Assembly: GCA_000993405.1 (NCBI GenBank)
Contig: LBWB01000009.1
Span: forward strand, 13,848 to 77,847
Source of the DNA: Candidatus Woesebacteria bacterium GW2011_GWB1_39_12
Lineage (GTDB): Bacteria; Patescibacteriota; Microgenomatia; UBA8517
Direction of reading: 5' to 3'
DNA: 64,000 nt
Every line of letters begins with the position of its first letter. Positions within the stretch are counted from its first letter, which is position 1. The notes beneath the pieces were generated by a model. It was not told where the DNA came from and searched no databases. It saw only the letters and a list, made by a program, of their open reading frames with translations. The position numbers were made by a program, and so were the translations under genes. This document shows positions 19,686 through 30,335 of the stretch, one piece after another.

Positions 19686-20426
19686 TCAGCCGAGGGTAAT
19701 TAAACTCATACCTCCATCAACAGTCAATATTTCACCGCAAACTGCATCATTTTTTACAAGGTAAACGATACTTTCTGCAATTTCTTCAGGTTGAATCATT
19801 CGTTTGATTAAATGAACTTTTCCTAATTCTTCTTGTTCTTTGTCATCAGGATTACCCCACATTGGAGTTGCAACTCTGCCAGGAGCAATTGCATTAACAA
19901 GTATCTTAGGAGCTAGTTCTTTTGCTAAATTCTTAGTATAACTTTCAAGAGCAGCTTTAAAAGCTGAATAAGCAATTGCTTCTGAACTTCCGTGTCCCAA
20001 TCTACCATGAATCGATGAAACATTTACAATCTTCCCTTCATTCATTAACTCCAAAGCATATTTAGTAACAAGTACACAACTTAAAAAATTATTCTCATAA
20101 ACATTTTCAAATGCTTTAATATTTGTTGGGCTATCATTACTATCAAATATCCCAGCATTATTAACCAAAACATCAAGATGGGTGAATTTATCTTTTATCT
20201 TCTTAAATATTCCTTTTACTTCATTCTCGTTAGTTACATCTGCCTTTATTGTTATATTTCCTTTAGAGTATTTATTACATTCATTTAAAACCTCCTGAGC
20301 TGATTTTAAATCCGATTTGAAGTTAATAACTACAGAACAACCCTCTTTTGCGAAAGCAATTGCAGTTGCTCTTCCTATTCCCTTTGAAGCCCCCGTAACA
20401 AGAACGACTTTATTTTTGAGATTCAT
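19686..20426 (-). CDS. SDR family oxidoreductase
   Basis: TGASKGIG, NNAG, YSAFK. Confidence 0.94.
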   Translation of the reverse strand: MNLKNKVVLVTGASKGIGRATAIAFAKEGCSVVINFKSDLKSAQEVLNECNKYSKGNITIKADVTNENEVKGIFKKIKDKFTHLDVLVNNAGIFDSNDSPTNIKAFENVYENNFLSCVLVTKYALELMNEGKIVNVSSIHGRLGHGSSEAIAYSAFKAALESYTKNLAKELAPKILVNAIAPGRVATPMWGNPDDKEQEELGKVHLIKRMIQPEEIAESIVYLVKNDAVCGEILTVDGGMSLITLG

Positions 20427-20529
20427 ATAAATCTTAATTTACAAACCCAATTATACTAGAAACATTTCTGGTTGTTTATTGGGAATTATTTGTGAGCTAA
20501 TGGAGGAAATTTGGAGTCGAGCTTCTCGC

Positions 20530-21294
20530 CTACTTTCCGGAATCAAAACCCGTATCCCACACTCTTTGATATGCCTGCATTACTCTTTCAATATCTTCGG
20601 AAGTAACTTCAGCATCTTGTGGTAAACGTAGTACAGCTCTTACAAACCCGGGTACGTCGTTATTTTCAGCATATTCATCCGCTAACGTATTTGTTAATGG
20701 AAAAAGTTGAAGCGTAAGTTTGCCTATATCAAAATATCTTTGATTTTCTACCTGATAATCACCCAAACCTGCAGCGTTCCTTTCCGCCATTCCCTCCTCA
20801 AATAATCTAAAGTATGTCTCTTCTCCTGAATTTAAATGGACTTTAATTGACAACCCATGATATCCGATTATTAAACCGCCACTAAAAAGAAGCGGCTCGG
20901 GTAAAACAGTTTCTTCCTTCGGAACACAAGCATGCGTCATTGCGTGACGAACTATATCATTAGGATCTGTGGCATCCGGAGATATAAATATTTCTCCTGG
21001 TATTGCCATTTCTGTCGTATCCGATGTTAATAATTCCTCCAAATCGTCTGGCAAATCTAATAAAGGCATTACGGTAATATCTTTAATACATTCATATTTA
21101 TCGTGCCACTGCCGAGCACCCTTCTGAATTTCAGCCGAAAATTTCTGACCAAAACCTTTGACTGTAACACCTAATTCTCTGCCGGGGGCGGTGGATGTTA
21201 TTTCAATTGACCTTATTTCTGGAGGCTTTACCACGGAACAACCAGCTAAAAGCGATCCTATTAATATACTATTTAGTCCTTCAACACGTCTCAT
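20530..21294 (-). CDS. putative lipoprotein with degenerate zincin motif
   Basis: LLAGC lipobox-like; HAMTH...EEGMAE. Confidence 0.55.
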   Translation of the reverse strand: MRRVEGLNSILIGSLLAGCSVVKPPEIRSIEITSTAPGRELGVTVKGFGQKFSAEIQKGARQWHDKYECIKDITVMPLLDLPDDLEELLTSDTTEMAIPGEIFISPDATDPNDIVRHAMTHACVPKEETVLPEPLLFSGGLIIGYHGLSIKVHLNSGEETYFRLFEEGMAERNAAGLGDYQVENQRYFDIGKLTLQLFPLTNTLADEYAENNDVPGFVRAVLRLPQDAEVTSEDIERVMQAYQRVWDTGFDSGK

Positions 21295-21334
21295 GTAGGG
21301 GAGATTATAATAACCCGGGAGGTACAAATCAAAT

Positions 21335-21366
21335 TTTCAGTTATTTCTCAGCTTCAGAGGTATAAT
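21335..21366 (+). promoter_or_regulatory. TTTCAG-N5-TCTCAG box and -10 of the TCS operon
   Basis: tttcag ttatt tctcag, 9 bp, TATAAT, ATG 7 nt later. Confidence 0.75.
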
Positions 21367-21373
21367 TTAAATC

Positions 21374-22048
21374 ATGCGGATACTCGTTGTCGAAGATGAA
21401 CATAAGATTGCAAACTCGATTAAAAAAGGAATGGAGCTGGAAGGATTTGCTGTGGACATTACTTACGACGGGATAGAAGGCTACGATATGGCTTCTAGCG
21501 AAGAATATGACGTAATAATATTAGACTTGATGCTCCCCGGAATGGACGGAGTAACTCTTTGTAAAAAACTTCGTGAAGAAAAAAATCACACACCGATTTT
21601 GATGTTAACCGCAAAAGGGCAGGTTCAAGATAAAGTTTTGGGGCTTAACTCGGGCGCCGATGACTATTTAGTAAAACCTTTCGCTTTTGAAGAACTTCTG
21701 GCTCGCGTCAAAGCTCTGACGCGAAGGCCTAAAAACGGTGGCAATATAATACTTAAAACTAAAGACTTAATATTAAATACTGTAACATACGAAGTGAAAA
21801 GATCTGGGGAAAAAATAAGTTTGTCCAGAAAAGAATTCTCACTTCTCGAATATTTAATGCGTAATCCTGACAAAATTATTAGTAAAGACCAAATTATTGG
21901 CCATGTATGGGATTATGATGCAGACATTTTGCCTAATACTGTTGAAGTTTATATTGGATATTTAAGGAAAAAAATAGACTTGGCATTTCCAAATTCCACT
22001 CCCCTAATTCATACGGTGAGAGGATTCGGATATAAGATAGGAGAATAA
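21374..22048 (+). CDS. OmpR/PhoB family response regulator
   Basis: VVEDE, LDLMLP, GADDYLVKPF, wHTH IHTVRGFGY. Confidence 0.97.
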   Translation: MRILVVEDEHKIANSIKKGMELEGFAVDITYDGIEGYDMASSEEYDVIILDLMLPGMDGVTLCKKLREEKNHTPILMLTAKGQVQDKVLGLNSGADDYLVKPFAFEELLARVKALTRRPKNGGNIILKTKDLILNTVTYEVKRSGEKISLSRKEFSLLEYLMRNPDKIISKDQIIGHVWDYDADILPNTVEVYIGYLRKKIDLAFPNSTPLIHTVRGFGYKIGE

Positions 22049-22050
22049 AT

Positions 22051-22127
22051 TGTTAGATAGCTAAATAGCTGATGGTAAGATAACTTTTAGAAATTTAACA
22101 ATATAGCCATATAACCATCTAGCTATT
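22051..22127. repeat. inverted blocks of octamer tandem repeats
   Basis: gttagata/gctaaata/gctgatgg versus acaatata/gccatata/accatcta/gc. Confidence 0.55.
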
Positions 22128-22134
22128 TCTAATC

Positions 22135-23181
22135 ATGTTTCATTCAGCACGCATCAAACTAACTTTCTGGTACTTGGTCATAATCATGTTGGTAAGCGGC
22201 TTTTTCAGCCTTATTGTTTATCGTGGTTTTACAAAAGAACTCGGTCGAGGATTTCGCTTCCAAGCTCTTCACACTGCGCCAGAAAGAAGAGTTGTAGTGC
22301 AGGAACGCAACGGTTTCTTTAGAATTTTGCCTTTTATGATTTATCCTGACGAAATAGCTCCTGAAGAGTTTGTAGAGATTATTAATCTTGCAAAGCGGAG
22401 GTTCGCGCTTCAACTTTTGATTATAAATGGGGGCATTTTATTTTTAGCGGGTACGGCGGGATATTTTTTGGCCGGGAAAACGCTTCAACCTATTGAAGTT
22501 ATGGTTGACGAACAAAAACGCTTTGTTGCAGACGCATCGCACGAACTTCGTACTCCCCTGACTTCGATTAAAACCGAAGTTGAAGTTGCGTTAAGAGACA
22601 AAAAATTAAAATTGGTTGATGCAAAAGAATTGTTAAAAAGTAACTTGACGGAAATAGACAAAATGAAATATTTTTCCGATAATCTTCTGGCCTTAAGTCG
22701 CTATGAAGCAAGTGGACGAGATTTATCAATGGAAGACGTTGATTTAGCTGAAGCAGTAAGACAAGCGATTGAAAGAAATGCACCTCAAGCCAGAGAAAAG
22801 AAAATATCCATAAAGGAGGATTTGTCTGCCGTTACAGTCAAAGGAAATCCCCAAAGCTTAGTAGAACTCATTTCGATACTAATTAATAATGCGATTAAAT
22901 ACAGTCCTGAAGGTAAGGAAGTAAGAGTAAGTGTAAGGATAAAAGGAAAAAAAGCTGTAATCGAAGTTAGGGATCAGGGAATTGGTATATCCGAAAAAGA
23001 AATTCCTCACATTTTCGACCGATTTTATAGGGCAGATAGCTCGCGAAATAAAACCATAGTAGATGGCTATGGTCTTGGCCTTTCTATTGCAAAATCCATT
23101 GTTGATGCGCATAAAGGAGAAATCAAGGTTGAAAGTGAAGTTGGGAAAGGATCCAGATTTATAGTAGTTCTTCCAAGATAA
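22135..23181 (+). CDS. sensor histidine kinase (HisKA + HATPase)
   Basis: Two TMs, ASHELRTPL, NNAIKYS, DQGIG, GLGLSI. Confidence 0.97.
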   Translation: MFHSARIKLTFWYLVIIMLVSGFFSLIVYRGFTKELGRGFRFQALHTAPERRVVVQERNGFFRILPFMIYPDEIAPEEFVEIINLAKRRFALQLLIINGGILFLAGTAGYFLAGKTLQPIEVMVDEQKRFVADASHELRTPLTSIKTEVEVALRDKKLKLVDAKELLKSNLTEIDKMKYFSDNLLALSRYEASGRDLSMEDVDLAEAVRQAIERNAPQAREKKISIKEDLSAVTVKGNPQSLVELISILINNAIKYSPEGKEVRVSVRIKGKKAVIEVRDQGIGISEKEIPHIFDRFYRADSSRNKTIVDGYGLGLSIAKSIVDAHKGEIKVESEVGKGSRFIVVLPR

Positions 23182-23270
23182 CGTTTTTAGAAACTATTCA
23201 AAACAGATTAGTAATTCTGTTTTGCACCTTCGGTGAGTTTACCACGCCTTGTGTGGCCAAGCTTTGCTTA

Positions 23271-23340
23271 TATAACTTGGTTCAAAACTCTTGTTCGTTC
23301 CGTTAAAATACGGAACTCACGGATTTTGAAACAAGTTATA
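23271..23340. repeat. 70-bp palindromic element
   Basis: IR tataacttggttcaaaa...ttttgaaacaagttata; ends match the 1119 element. Confidence 0.65.
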
Positions 23341-23426
23341 AGCCTTTTCTCAGAATGAAGTAGTAACTTATCAATATCAAGCCCGCCTACGCTAAAAGCT
23401 ATGGCGAGGTAAAGGGGGTGAGAAAA

Positions 23427-23864
23427 ATGAGCAAAAAACTTTTAATATCATTACTTACTTTAGGCGCAGTAATTTCTCTGGCTACATATGGTGTAAGTTC
23501 TATTCGAGCAAGCGAAACCGGAACTGCTAATCCGGTAATTTCTCGTCTGGCCGAAAAATTTAATTTAGAAGAAAATGATGTCGAGGCTGTATTTGATGCA
23601 GTTCACGAAGAACGCCAGGAAGAGATGAGAAAGGCAAGAGAAGAACGCTTAAACGAAGCTGTTTCCAATGGCGTGATTACAGAAGCTCAAAAGACGGCTT
23701 TGTTAGATAAGTGGGAAGAAATGCAAAACAAAAGAGAGCAGGAAAGGCTGGAAATGCAAAATTGGTTTGAGCAAGAAGGAATTGACCCAACCAAACTTGC
23801 CCCATACGGAGGTTTTGGTCACCATGAAGGATTTGGCAAAATGGGCATGGGCATGATGCACTAA
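23427..23864 (+). CDS. secreted helical protein (loosely Spy/CpxP-like)
   Basis: Signal peptide; GVITEAQK motif; G/H/M-rich tail; half-site TCTCAG at 23348-23353. Confidence 0.55.
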   Translation: MSKKLLISLLTLGAVISLATYGVSSIRASETGTANPVISRLAEKFNLEENDVEAVFDAVHEERQEEMRKAREERLNEAVSNGVITEAQKTALLDKWEEMQNKREQERLEMQNWFEQEGIDPTKLAPYGGFGHHEGFGKMGMGMMH

Positions 23865-23883
23865 AATTTCTTCGCTATCGTAG

Positions 23884-23919
23884 AAACACTCCCGCAGTAA
23901 TATGCGGGGGTGTTTTTTT
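23884..23919 (+). terminator. rho-independent terminator
   Basis: acactcccgca/tgcgggggtgt stem plus T-run. Confidence 0.8.
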
Positions 23920-23929
23920 AGATCAAGTT

Positions 23930-23962
23930 CTTCAGCTTTTTCTCAGAATTCGATTCTACACT
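23930..23962 (+). promoter_or_regulatory. TCAG-N5-TCTCAG box and -10 of the efflux operon
   Basis: cttcag ctttt tctcag, 10 bp, TACACT. Confidence 0.72.
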
Positions 23963-23971
23963 TAGGCTTGT

Positions 23972-25186
23972 ATGAATAAAATAAAAGCCATTTTTTCGTG
24001 GTTTTTAAAGGACAAGAAAAGAATTGTCATCGCCGTCATTATTATCGGCGTCTTGATTTTCGGTTACGGAGAAATCTTTGGCAATAAATCCAATCAAACT
24101 CAAATCCAAACCGCAAAAGCAGAAAAAGGAACAATCGTTTCTACTGTTTCCGCATCCGGTAGCGTCATCTCATCAAATATTACCAGCGTTACGACCCAAA
24201 CGAGCGGCCTTGTCAAAAAAGTATACGTAAAAGAGGGCGATAATGTGGCAGTAGGACAAAAATTAGCCGAAATTGAACTTGATTTAGACGGTGCCCAACA
24301 AAATGCATCTGCATATTCAAACTACGTCAGTGCTGTAAATTCTCTTAATTCAGCAAACAATAATCTACGAAGTGCCCAAGCATCTTTGGATGTAGTCTAT
24401 GACGAAATTAAAGGACATGATAATGACGAGTCGCTTACCATTAAAGAGACAAGAACTAAAACTGAAGTTGCGAAAGACAATGCCTACAACTCCATAATAA
24501 ATACTAAGGCAAACCTAACATCTTCTAGTTATAACTTACGCTTAAATTCGCCTGTAATTACCGCACCGACCTCTGGAAAACTAATCAGTTTAACAATTGC
24601 CGAGGGAATGTCTCTAAGCGCACTTACCTCCTCAAGCGGCACAAGAACCGGTCAAAGAGTTGCATCAATTGTTACGGAAGGAAAATCCCTCATTTCGGTC
24701 AATATTTCCGAAATTGACGTTCCGAATGTAGAAATTGGCCAAAAAGCAACCGTAACCTTCGACAGTATTACCGACAAAACTTTTTCCGGCCAGGTGGTTA
24801 CTATCGACAGAGTCGGATCAACAATAAGTAATGTCACTTCCTACCCAGCGATTATCGCTCTCGACACAAATTCCGACCAGATTCTGACTAATATGGCGGT
24901 AACTGTAAATATCATTACCCAGATTAAAAACGATGTACTTCTTATTCCAACATCTGCAGTCCAATTGCAGGGAACCGAGTCTTCCGTCAGGGTTATCAAA
25001 AATGGTGTTCAAGAGAATGTTATTGTCCAAACCGGACTTACCTCTGATTCACAAACTGAAATCACCTCAGGCCTTTTTGAAGGAGATGAAGTGATTACCT
25101 CGACCACAACTTCAACCAGCGGCACTCAAACAAGATCTGTATTTAGTACTGGCGGATTCGGTGGAGCACGATTTATCGGCAGATAA
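23972..25186 (+). CDS. MacA-like membrane fusion protein
   Basis: TM; VYVKEGD lipoyl-like half; ITAPTSG; VQTGL. Confidence 0.9.
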   Translation: MNKIKAIFSWFLKDKKRIVIAVIIIGVLIFGYGEIFGNKSNQTQIQTAKAEKGTIVSTVSASGSVISSNITSVTTQTSGLVKKVYVKEGDNVAVGQKLAEIELDLDGAQQNASAYSNYVSAVNSLNSANNNLRSAQASLDVVYDEIKGHDNDESLTIKETRTKTEVAKDNAYNSIINTKANLTSSSYNLRLNSPVITAPTSGKLISLTIAEGMSLSALTSSSGTRTGQRVASIVTEGKSLISVNISEIDVPNVEIGQKATVTFDSITDKTFSGQVVTIDRVGSTISNVTSYPAIIALDTNSDQILTNMAVTVNIITQIKNDVLLIPTSAVQLQGTESSVRVIKNGVQENVIVQTGLTSDSQTEITSGLFEGDEVITSTTTSTSGTQTRSVFSTGGFGGARFIGR

Positions 25187-25202
25187 ATCAGGAAGAATTA
25201 AT

Positions 25203-25901
25203 ATGATTGCGGTAAATCATCTATCAAAAATCTACAAAACCGATTCTGTCGAAACAATGGCTCTTTCCGATGTTTCGTTTAATATTAAAAAGGGGGAATT
25301 TGTAGCCATAATGGGCCCTTCTGGTTCGGGCAAATCTACCCTCATGCATATATTAGGAGCCTTGGATTTACCCACAAGCGGATCCTATACTTTGGACGGC
25401 GATAACGTCTCCAATCTTTCTGAAGATGAACTCGCTGATATCAGAAACAAAAAAATTGGCTTTGTTTTCCAAGCTTTTAATTTGCTTCCTCGCACAACCG
25501 CCTTGAAAAATGTCCAGCTACCTATGATCTATGCCGGAATAAAAAAAGAAGACCGCATCAAACTCGCCGAGAAATATTTAACATTGGTTGGCCTTGCCGA
25601 TCGCATGGAACACACGTCAAGCCAGCTCTCCGGTGGTCAACAACAGCGCGTCGCAATTGCCAGATCTTTAGTAATGAATCCCTCAATAATTCTCGCCGAC
25701 GAGCCAACAGGCAATATCGCTACAACCCAAGCCGAAGAAATTATGGAAATCTTCGAGCACCTAAATGACGAGGGGCACACAATTATTATGATTACTCATG
25801 AGCAAGATATTGCCGAACATGCCAAACGCATCATCACCATCCGAGACGGCAAAATTGTTGGAGACATTAAAAACGGCAAAAGAAGAAATTTAAAATCGTA
25901 A
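25203..25901 (+). CDS. MacB-like ABC transporter ATP-binding protein
   Basis: GPSGSGKST, LSGGQQQRVAIAR, ADEPTGN. Confidence 0.95.
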   Translation: MIAVNHLSKIYKTDSVETMALSDVSFNIKKGEFVAIMGPSGSGKSTLMHILGALDLPTSGSYTLDGDNVSNLSEDELADIRNKKIGFVFQAFNLLPRTTALKNVQLPMIYAGIKKEDRIKLAEKYLTLVGLADRMEHTSSQLSGGQQQRVAIARSLVMNPSIILADEPTGNIATTQAEEIMEIFEHLNDEGHTIIMITHEQDIAEHAKRIITIRDGKIVGDIKNGKRRNLKS

Positions 25902-25904
25902 ATT

Positions 25905-27128
<1,224 letters not shown>

Positions 27129-27130
27129 GA

Positions 27131-27385
27131 TTATTCTCCTTCTACTCTACGAAATCCTTCAAGAATTTCTGCTTTTTTAGGGGTAAGTCCGAAACTTTTT
27201 AATGCCCCATCACTTCCCCCCAGATTGATTCCTAGTTCTTACATTCTTTGGTTTATTAAAGGGCTATCTTCAGTGTCAAGTTCTCTTCCCAACCCTTCTT
27301 CAATTGCCTTAATAGTATCTCGAAGTAGAATATGATCAGAACCAGTTAGTCCTTGTTTTTTCCAAAAACGATAATCAAAAGACAT
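27131..27385 (-). pseudogene. small gene with in-frame TAA
   Basis: 85-codon frame MSFDYRFW...QRM*ELGINLGG...EGE*; stop at 27239-27241; TGATAAAAT upstream. Confidence 0.45.
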
Positions 27386-27436
27386 AAGCTATTTGATTCA
27401 AATCTTATTTTATCACTGATTTGTTACAAAAGCTTC

Positions 27437-27469
27437 ATTCAGCTTGTTCTCAGCAATGAAACTTAAAAT
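27437..27469 (+). promoter_or_regulatory. TCAG-N5-TCTCAG box and -10
   Basis: attcag cttgt tctcag, 10 bp, TAAAAT. Confidence 0.72.
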
Positions 27470-27495
27470 CTAGGTCAAGAACTGAGGTGATATTT

Positions 27496-27954
27496 ATGAC
27501 AGACGAAGAGAAATCTAAACCAAATAAAAATAGTTTGCTAGTTATATCAGTAGTTGCGTTGGTTGTTGGAGTTGCAGCCTTCCTTGGCGGAATGAAATAT
27601 CAACAAACTAAATCGACAACTCGTTTTTCAGGTTTTAACGGCGAAAAAGGCCAATTTGTGCAAAGAATGGGTGGACCAAGTGGGAATGAAGCAAATTTTC
27701 AACCCATAAACGGCGAAATTATCAGCTCGGACGAGACATCAGTAACAATTAAGTTGCAAGACGGCTCGAGCAAAATTGTTCTTTTGAGTGATTCTACTTC
27801 TATCAATAAAGCGGAATCTGGTTCAAAAGAGGATTTGAAAGAAGGCGAAAAGGTTCTAGTCTTGGGAAATTCTAATTCCGACGGCAGTGTTTCTGCTCAG
27901 TCAATTCAACTCAACCCACCGGATCGAGTGATTTTCAGGCAGGAAAACCAATAA
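27496..27954 (+). CDS. membrane-anchored DUF5666-like protein
   Basis: TM then GEIIS...DGSSKIV...DLKEGEKVLVLG...SAQSIQ. Confidence 0.65.
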   Translation: MTDEEKSKPNKNSLLVISVVALVVGVAAFLGGMKYQQTKSTTRFSGFNGEKGQFVQRMGGPSGNEANFQPINGEIISSDETSVTIKLQDGSSKIVLLSDSTSINKAESGSKEDLKEGEKVLVLGNSNSDGSVSAQSIQLNPPDRVIFRQENQ

Positions 27955-27959
27955 GAAGC

Positions 27960-27992
27960 TTTCAGCTTTTTCTCAGATTTCTTTTCTATAAT
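27960..27992 (+). promoter_or_regulatory. TTTCAG-N5-TCTCAG box and -10
   Basis: tttcag ctttt tctcag, 10 bp, TATAAT. Confidence 0.75.
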
Positions 27993-27994
27993 TT

Positions 27995-29143
27995 TTGCTT
28001 TCGGTTATAATGGATTTTATGTTTTTGAAAAGCAAATTAATCATTCTTCTTCTTGGAATTTTTCTTATCGTCGCGGGAATCGTTTACCTTTCAAGAGATC
28101 GAAACATACCAAAAGTCATAGATAATCTCACTGATAACCCTAACCTCAATTTAGAAGACGAAGGGGGGTTGGAAAGCTCACAACATCCTCTTTCTATAGA
28201 AGCTTTAAGATCCGGTGAATATCCCGGAAGCGATATCGTAATTGAACAAACTCTTGAACCAGGTTCAAATTATAAAAGATATATTGCTTCATACAAATCC
28301 GAAGGCCTAAAAATTTATGGACTTTTGACCGTTCCTTCGACAGGCTCAGGACCATGGCCCGCCATCGTTTTCAACCACGGCTATATTCCCCCAACCCAAT
28401 ATCAAACAACGGAGCGATATGTAGCTTACGTCGATGGGTTTGCAAGAAACGGATATGTCGTTTTCAAACCCGATTACAGAGGTCATGGTAATTCAGAAGG
28501 AGAGCCAACAGGAGCATACGGATCAAGTGGATATACTATAGATGTTTTAAACGCAGTTTCTTCTCTAAAAAGATTAAAGAACCCCGAAAACCAGACAAGT
28601 TTATCCCGAGCGGAGTCGAGGGACTCAGGACGACTTGTTGACTCAAGTCGCATAGGTATGTGGGGACATTCTTTGGGAGGCTATGTTACTTTAAGAAGCA
28701 TGGTAATTTCCAAAGATATTAAGGCAGGTGTTATTTGGGCCGGAGTTGTCGGATCATACGAAGATCTTTTAAATAACTGGCGAAGAAGAAACACTTCTCC
28801 CCCACCCGGAATTCCAACTGGAGCAAGAAGATGGCGCCAAGAATTACAAGAAAAATTCGGAACGCCCGAACAAAATCCCGAGTTTTGGAATTCTATTTCC
28901 GCAAATTCATATTTGACTGACATTTCGGGTCCGCTACAGCTTCATCACGGAACTGCCGATGCGTCTGTTCCAATCGAATTTTCCCAAAAATTAGAAACAC
29001 AGCTGAAAGAAGCTAAAAAAGTGGTTGAATTTTATTCATATAGCGGAGATAATCATAATCTGTCGAATAATTTCTCTCTGGCAATGAGAAGGTCGGTTGA
29101 ATTTTTTGACAAATACTTGAAAAATGGCCCCGCACCAAGTTAA
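27995..29143 (+). CDS. S9-like alpha/beta hydrolase (peptidase), membrane anchored
   Basis: NHGY, PDYRGHG, WGHSLGG, HGTADASVP, GDNH; two in-frame REP insertions at 28333-28351 and 28604-28623. Confidence 0.9.
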   Translation: MLSVIMDFMFLKSKLIILLLGIFLIVAGIVYLSRDRNIPKVIDNLTDNPNLNLEDEGGLESSQHPLSIEALRSGEYPGSDIVIEQTLEPGSNYKRYIASYKSEGLKIYGLLTVPSTGSGPWPAIVFNHGYIPPTQYQTTERYVAYVDGFARNGYVVFKPDYRGHGNSEGEPTGAYGSSGYTIDVLNAVSSLKRLKNPENQTSLSRAESRDSGRLVDSSRIGMWGHSLGGYVTLRSMVISKDIKAGVIWAGVVGSYEDLLNNWRRRNTSPPPGIPTGARRWRQELQEKFGTPEQNPEFWNSISANSYLTDISGPLQLHHGTADASVPIEFSQKLETQLKEAKKVVEFYSYSGDNHNLSNNFSLAMRRSVEFFDKYLKNGPAPS

Positions 29144-29266
29144 TAGAAAATATTACATTGATTTTGAGTTTGCTTTTAATTTAAATCTAAAGTTTATTGA
29201 AAATATTAAATAATTAATAAACTCATATTTCATATTTTAAAAATCAACTATTAATTTGGTGCGGGG
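29128..29266. mobile_element. MITE-like element with 19-bp terminal inverted repeats
   Basis: ccccgcaccaagttaatag / ctattaatttggtgcgggg (1 mismatch) around a very AT-rich core. Confidence 0.65.
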
Positions 29267-29269
29267 GAG

Positions 29270-29791
29270 GTGATTAGTATGGAAGAAAATCAAGAAACAC
29301 AAAATAGCGAGATAAAAAATCGAAAACCGATGAACCCAATTCTTCTAGGCGGAATTGCCATTGTCGTACTTTTAGTCGTAGGTGGATTTTTATTTAGCCA
29401 GAGAAGAAATCAACCCGTGAGTGATGTAATGCCGGCGACTGACGAGAATGTGCAAGGAGTGGAAACCGAAGTAGATAATGCGATTGTCAAAGACGCATTG
29501 CCAACGGTCGAAACAGAACAAGTTATAAATATTGAAGCGGGATCGTTTTACTATTCACAAAAAGAAATTCGGGTTAAAAAGGGACAAACCGTAAAAATTG
29601 TGCTAACCGCCAAAGATATGATGCACGACTTTAATATTGACGAATTAGAAGTTGACGGTCCTATTATTAAGGCTGGAGAATCAACTACGATTGAATTTGT
29701 TGCGGACCGGGTTGGTGAGTTTGAATATTATTGCTCAGTCGGCCAGCACCGCGCAAACGGCCAAGTAGGAAAATTAATTATCGAGGAGTAA
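29270..29791 (+). CDS. cupredoxin domain protein
   Basis: TM; MHDF; YYCSVGQHRANGQ copper ligands (axial Gln). Confidence 0.88.
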   Translation: MISMEENQETQNSEIKNRKPMNPILLGGIAIVVLLVVGGFLFSQRRNQPVSDVMPATDENVQGVETEVDNAIVKDALPTVETEQVINIEAGSFYYSQKEIRVKKGQTVKIVLTAKDMMHDFNIDELEVDGPIIKAGESTTIEFVADRVGEFEYYCSVGQHRANGQVGKLIIEE

Positions 29792-29814
29792 AGTACTCCC
29801 CCCTTTCACCAAAA

Positions 29815-29851
29815 ACCCCACCTTAAAGAACAGGTGGGGTTTAATTATTTT
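29815..29851. terminator. likely bidirectional terminator
   Basis: aaccccacct/aggtggggtt stem between convergent genes. Confidence 0.75.
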
Positions 29852-30232
29852 TTAAGCTCTTACTTGTACTAATTGAAAATAATTTCCGTCAGGATCCTCG
29901 TAAGTTACGATCCAGCCGTAACCTTCAAGGTGATATTTATCCTGAATCTTTTTGACCTTCTTACCGTCTAATTTCTTAACCTCCTTATCAATATCATCAA
30001 CCTCAAAATTAAGTAAAATCCTATTGGGATCTTTTGCCTCACCCTTAACTTTCGAGTGATCCATTATATAAAAGCCACTACTTCCTTTAACCTCAAAAGC
30101 AAAAAGGTTCTCGTTATTCTCACCCATTTCAGCCTCAAGAGTGAGCTTTAAACCTACAACGTCTTTATAAAAACTCGCTAATTTTTTTGCGTTGGCACTT
30201 CCTAATACAACGCTTTCTAATCCCTTAAGCAT
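29852..30232 (-). CDS. VOC/glyoxalase family protein
   Basis: LASFYKDVVGL, LNFEVDD, EDPDGNYFQL. Confidence 0.88.
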   Translation of the reverse strand: MLKGLESVVLGSANAKKLASFYKDVVGLKLTLEAEMGENNENLFAFEVKGSSGFYIMDHSKVKGEAKDPNRILLNFEVDDIDKEVKKLDGKKVKKIQDKYHLEGYGWIVTYEDPDGNYFQLVQVRA

Positions 30233-30335
30233 CTTTCTCACCCCCTTTCCAATAAAAATTAATAATATCCTAATTGTCAACTCCTTGCAAAACATTCATA
30301 TGGTTGAAAGTTCACCTTCTGATTAATACAATCTA

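Noticed and set aside
27239-27241. Stop-codon reassignment (as in some CPR lineages)
   Set aside because: Core genes are intact under code 11 and end in TAA, TAG and TGA. The lone internal stop is TAA.
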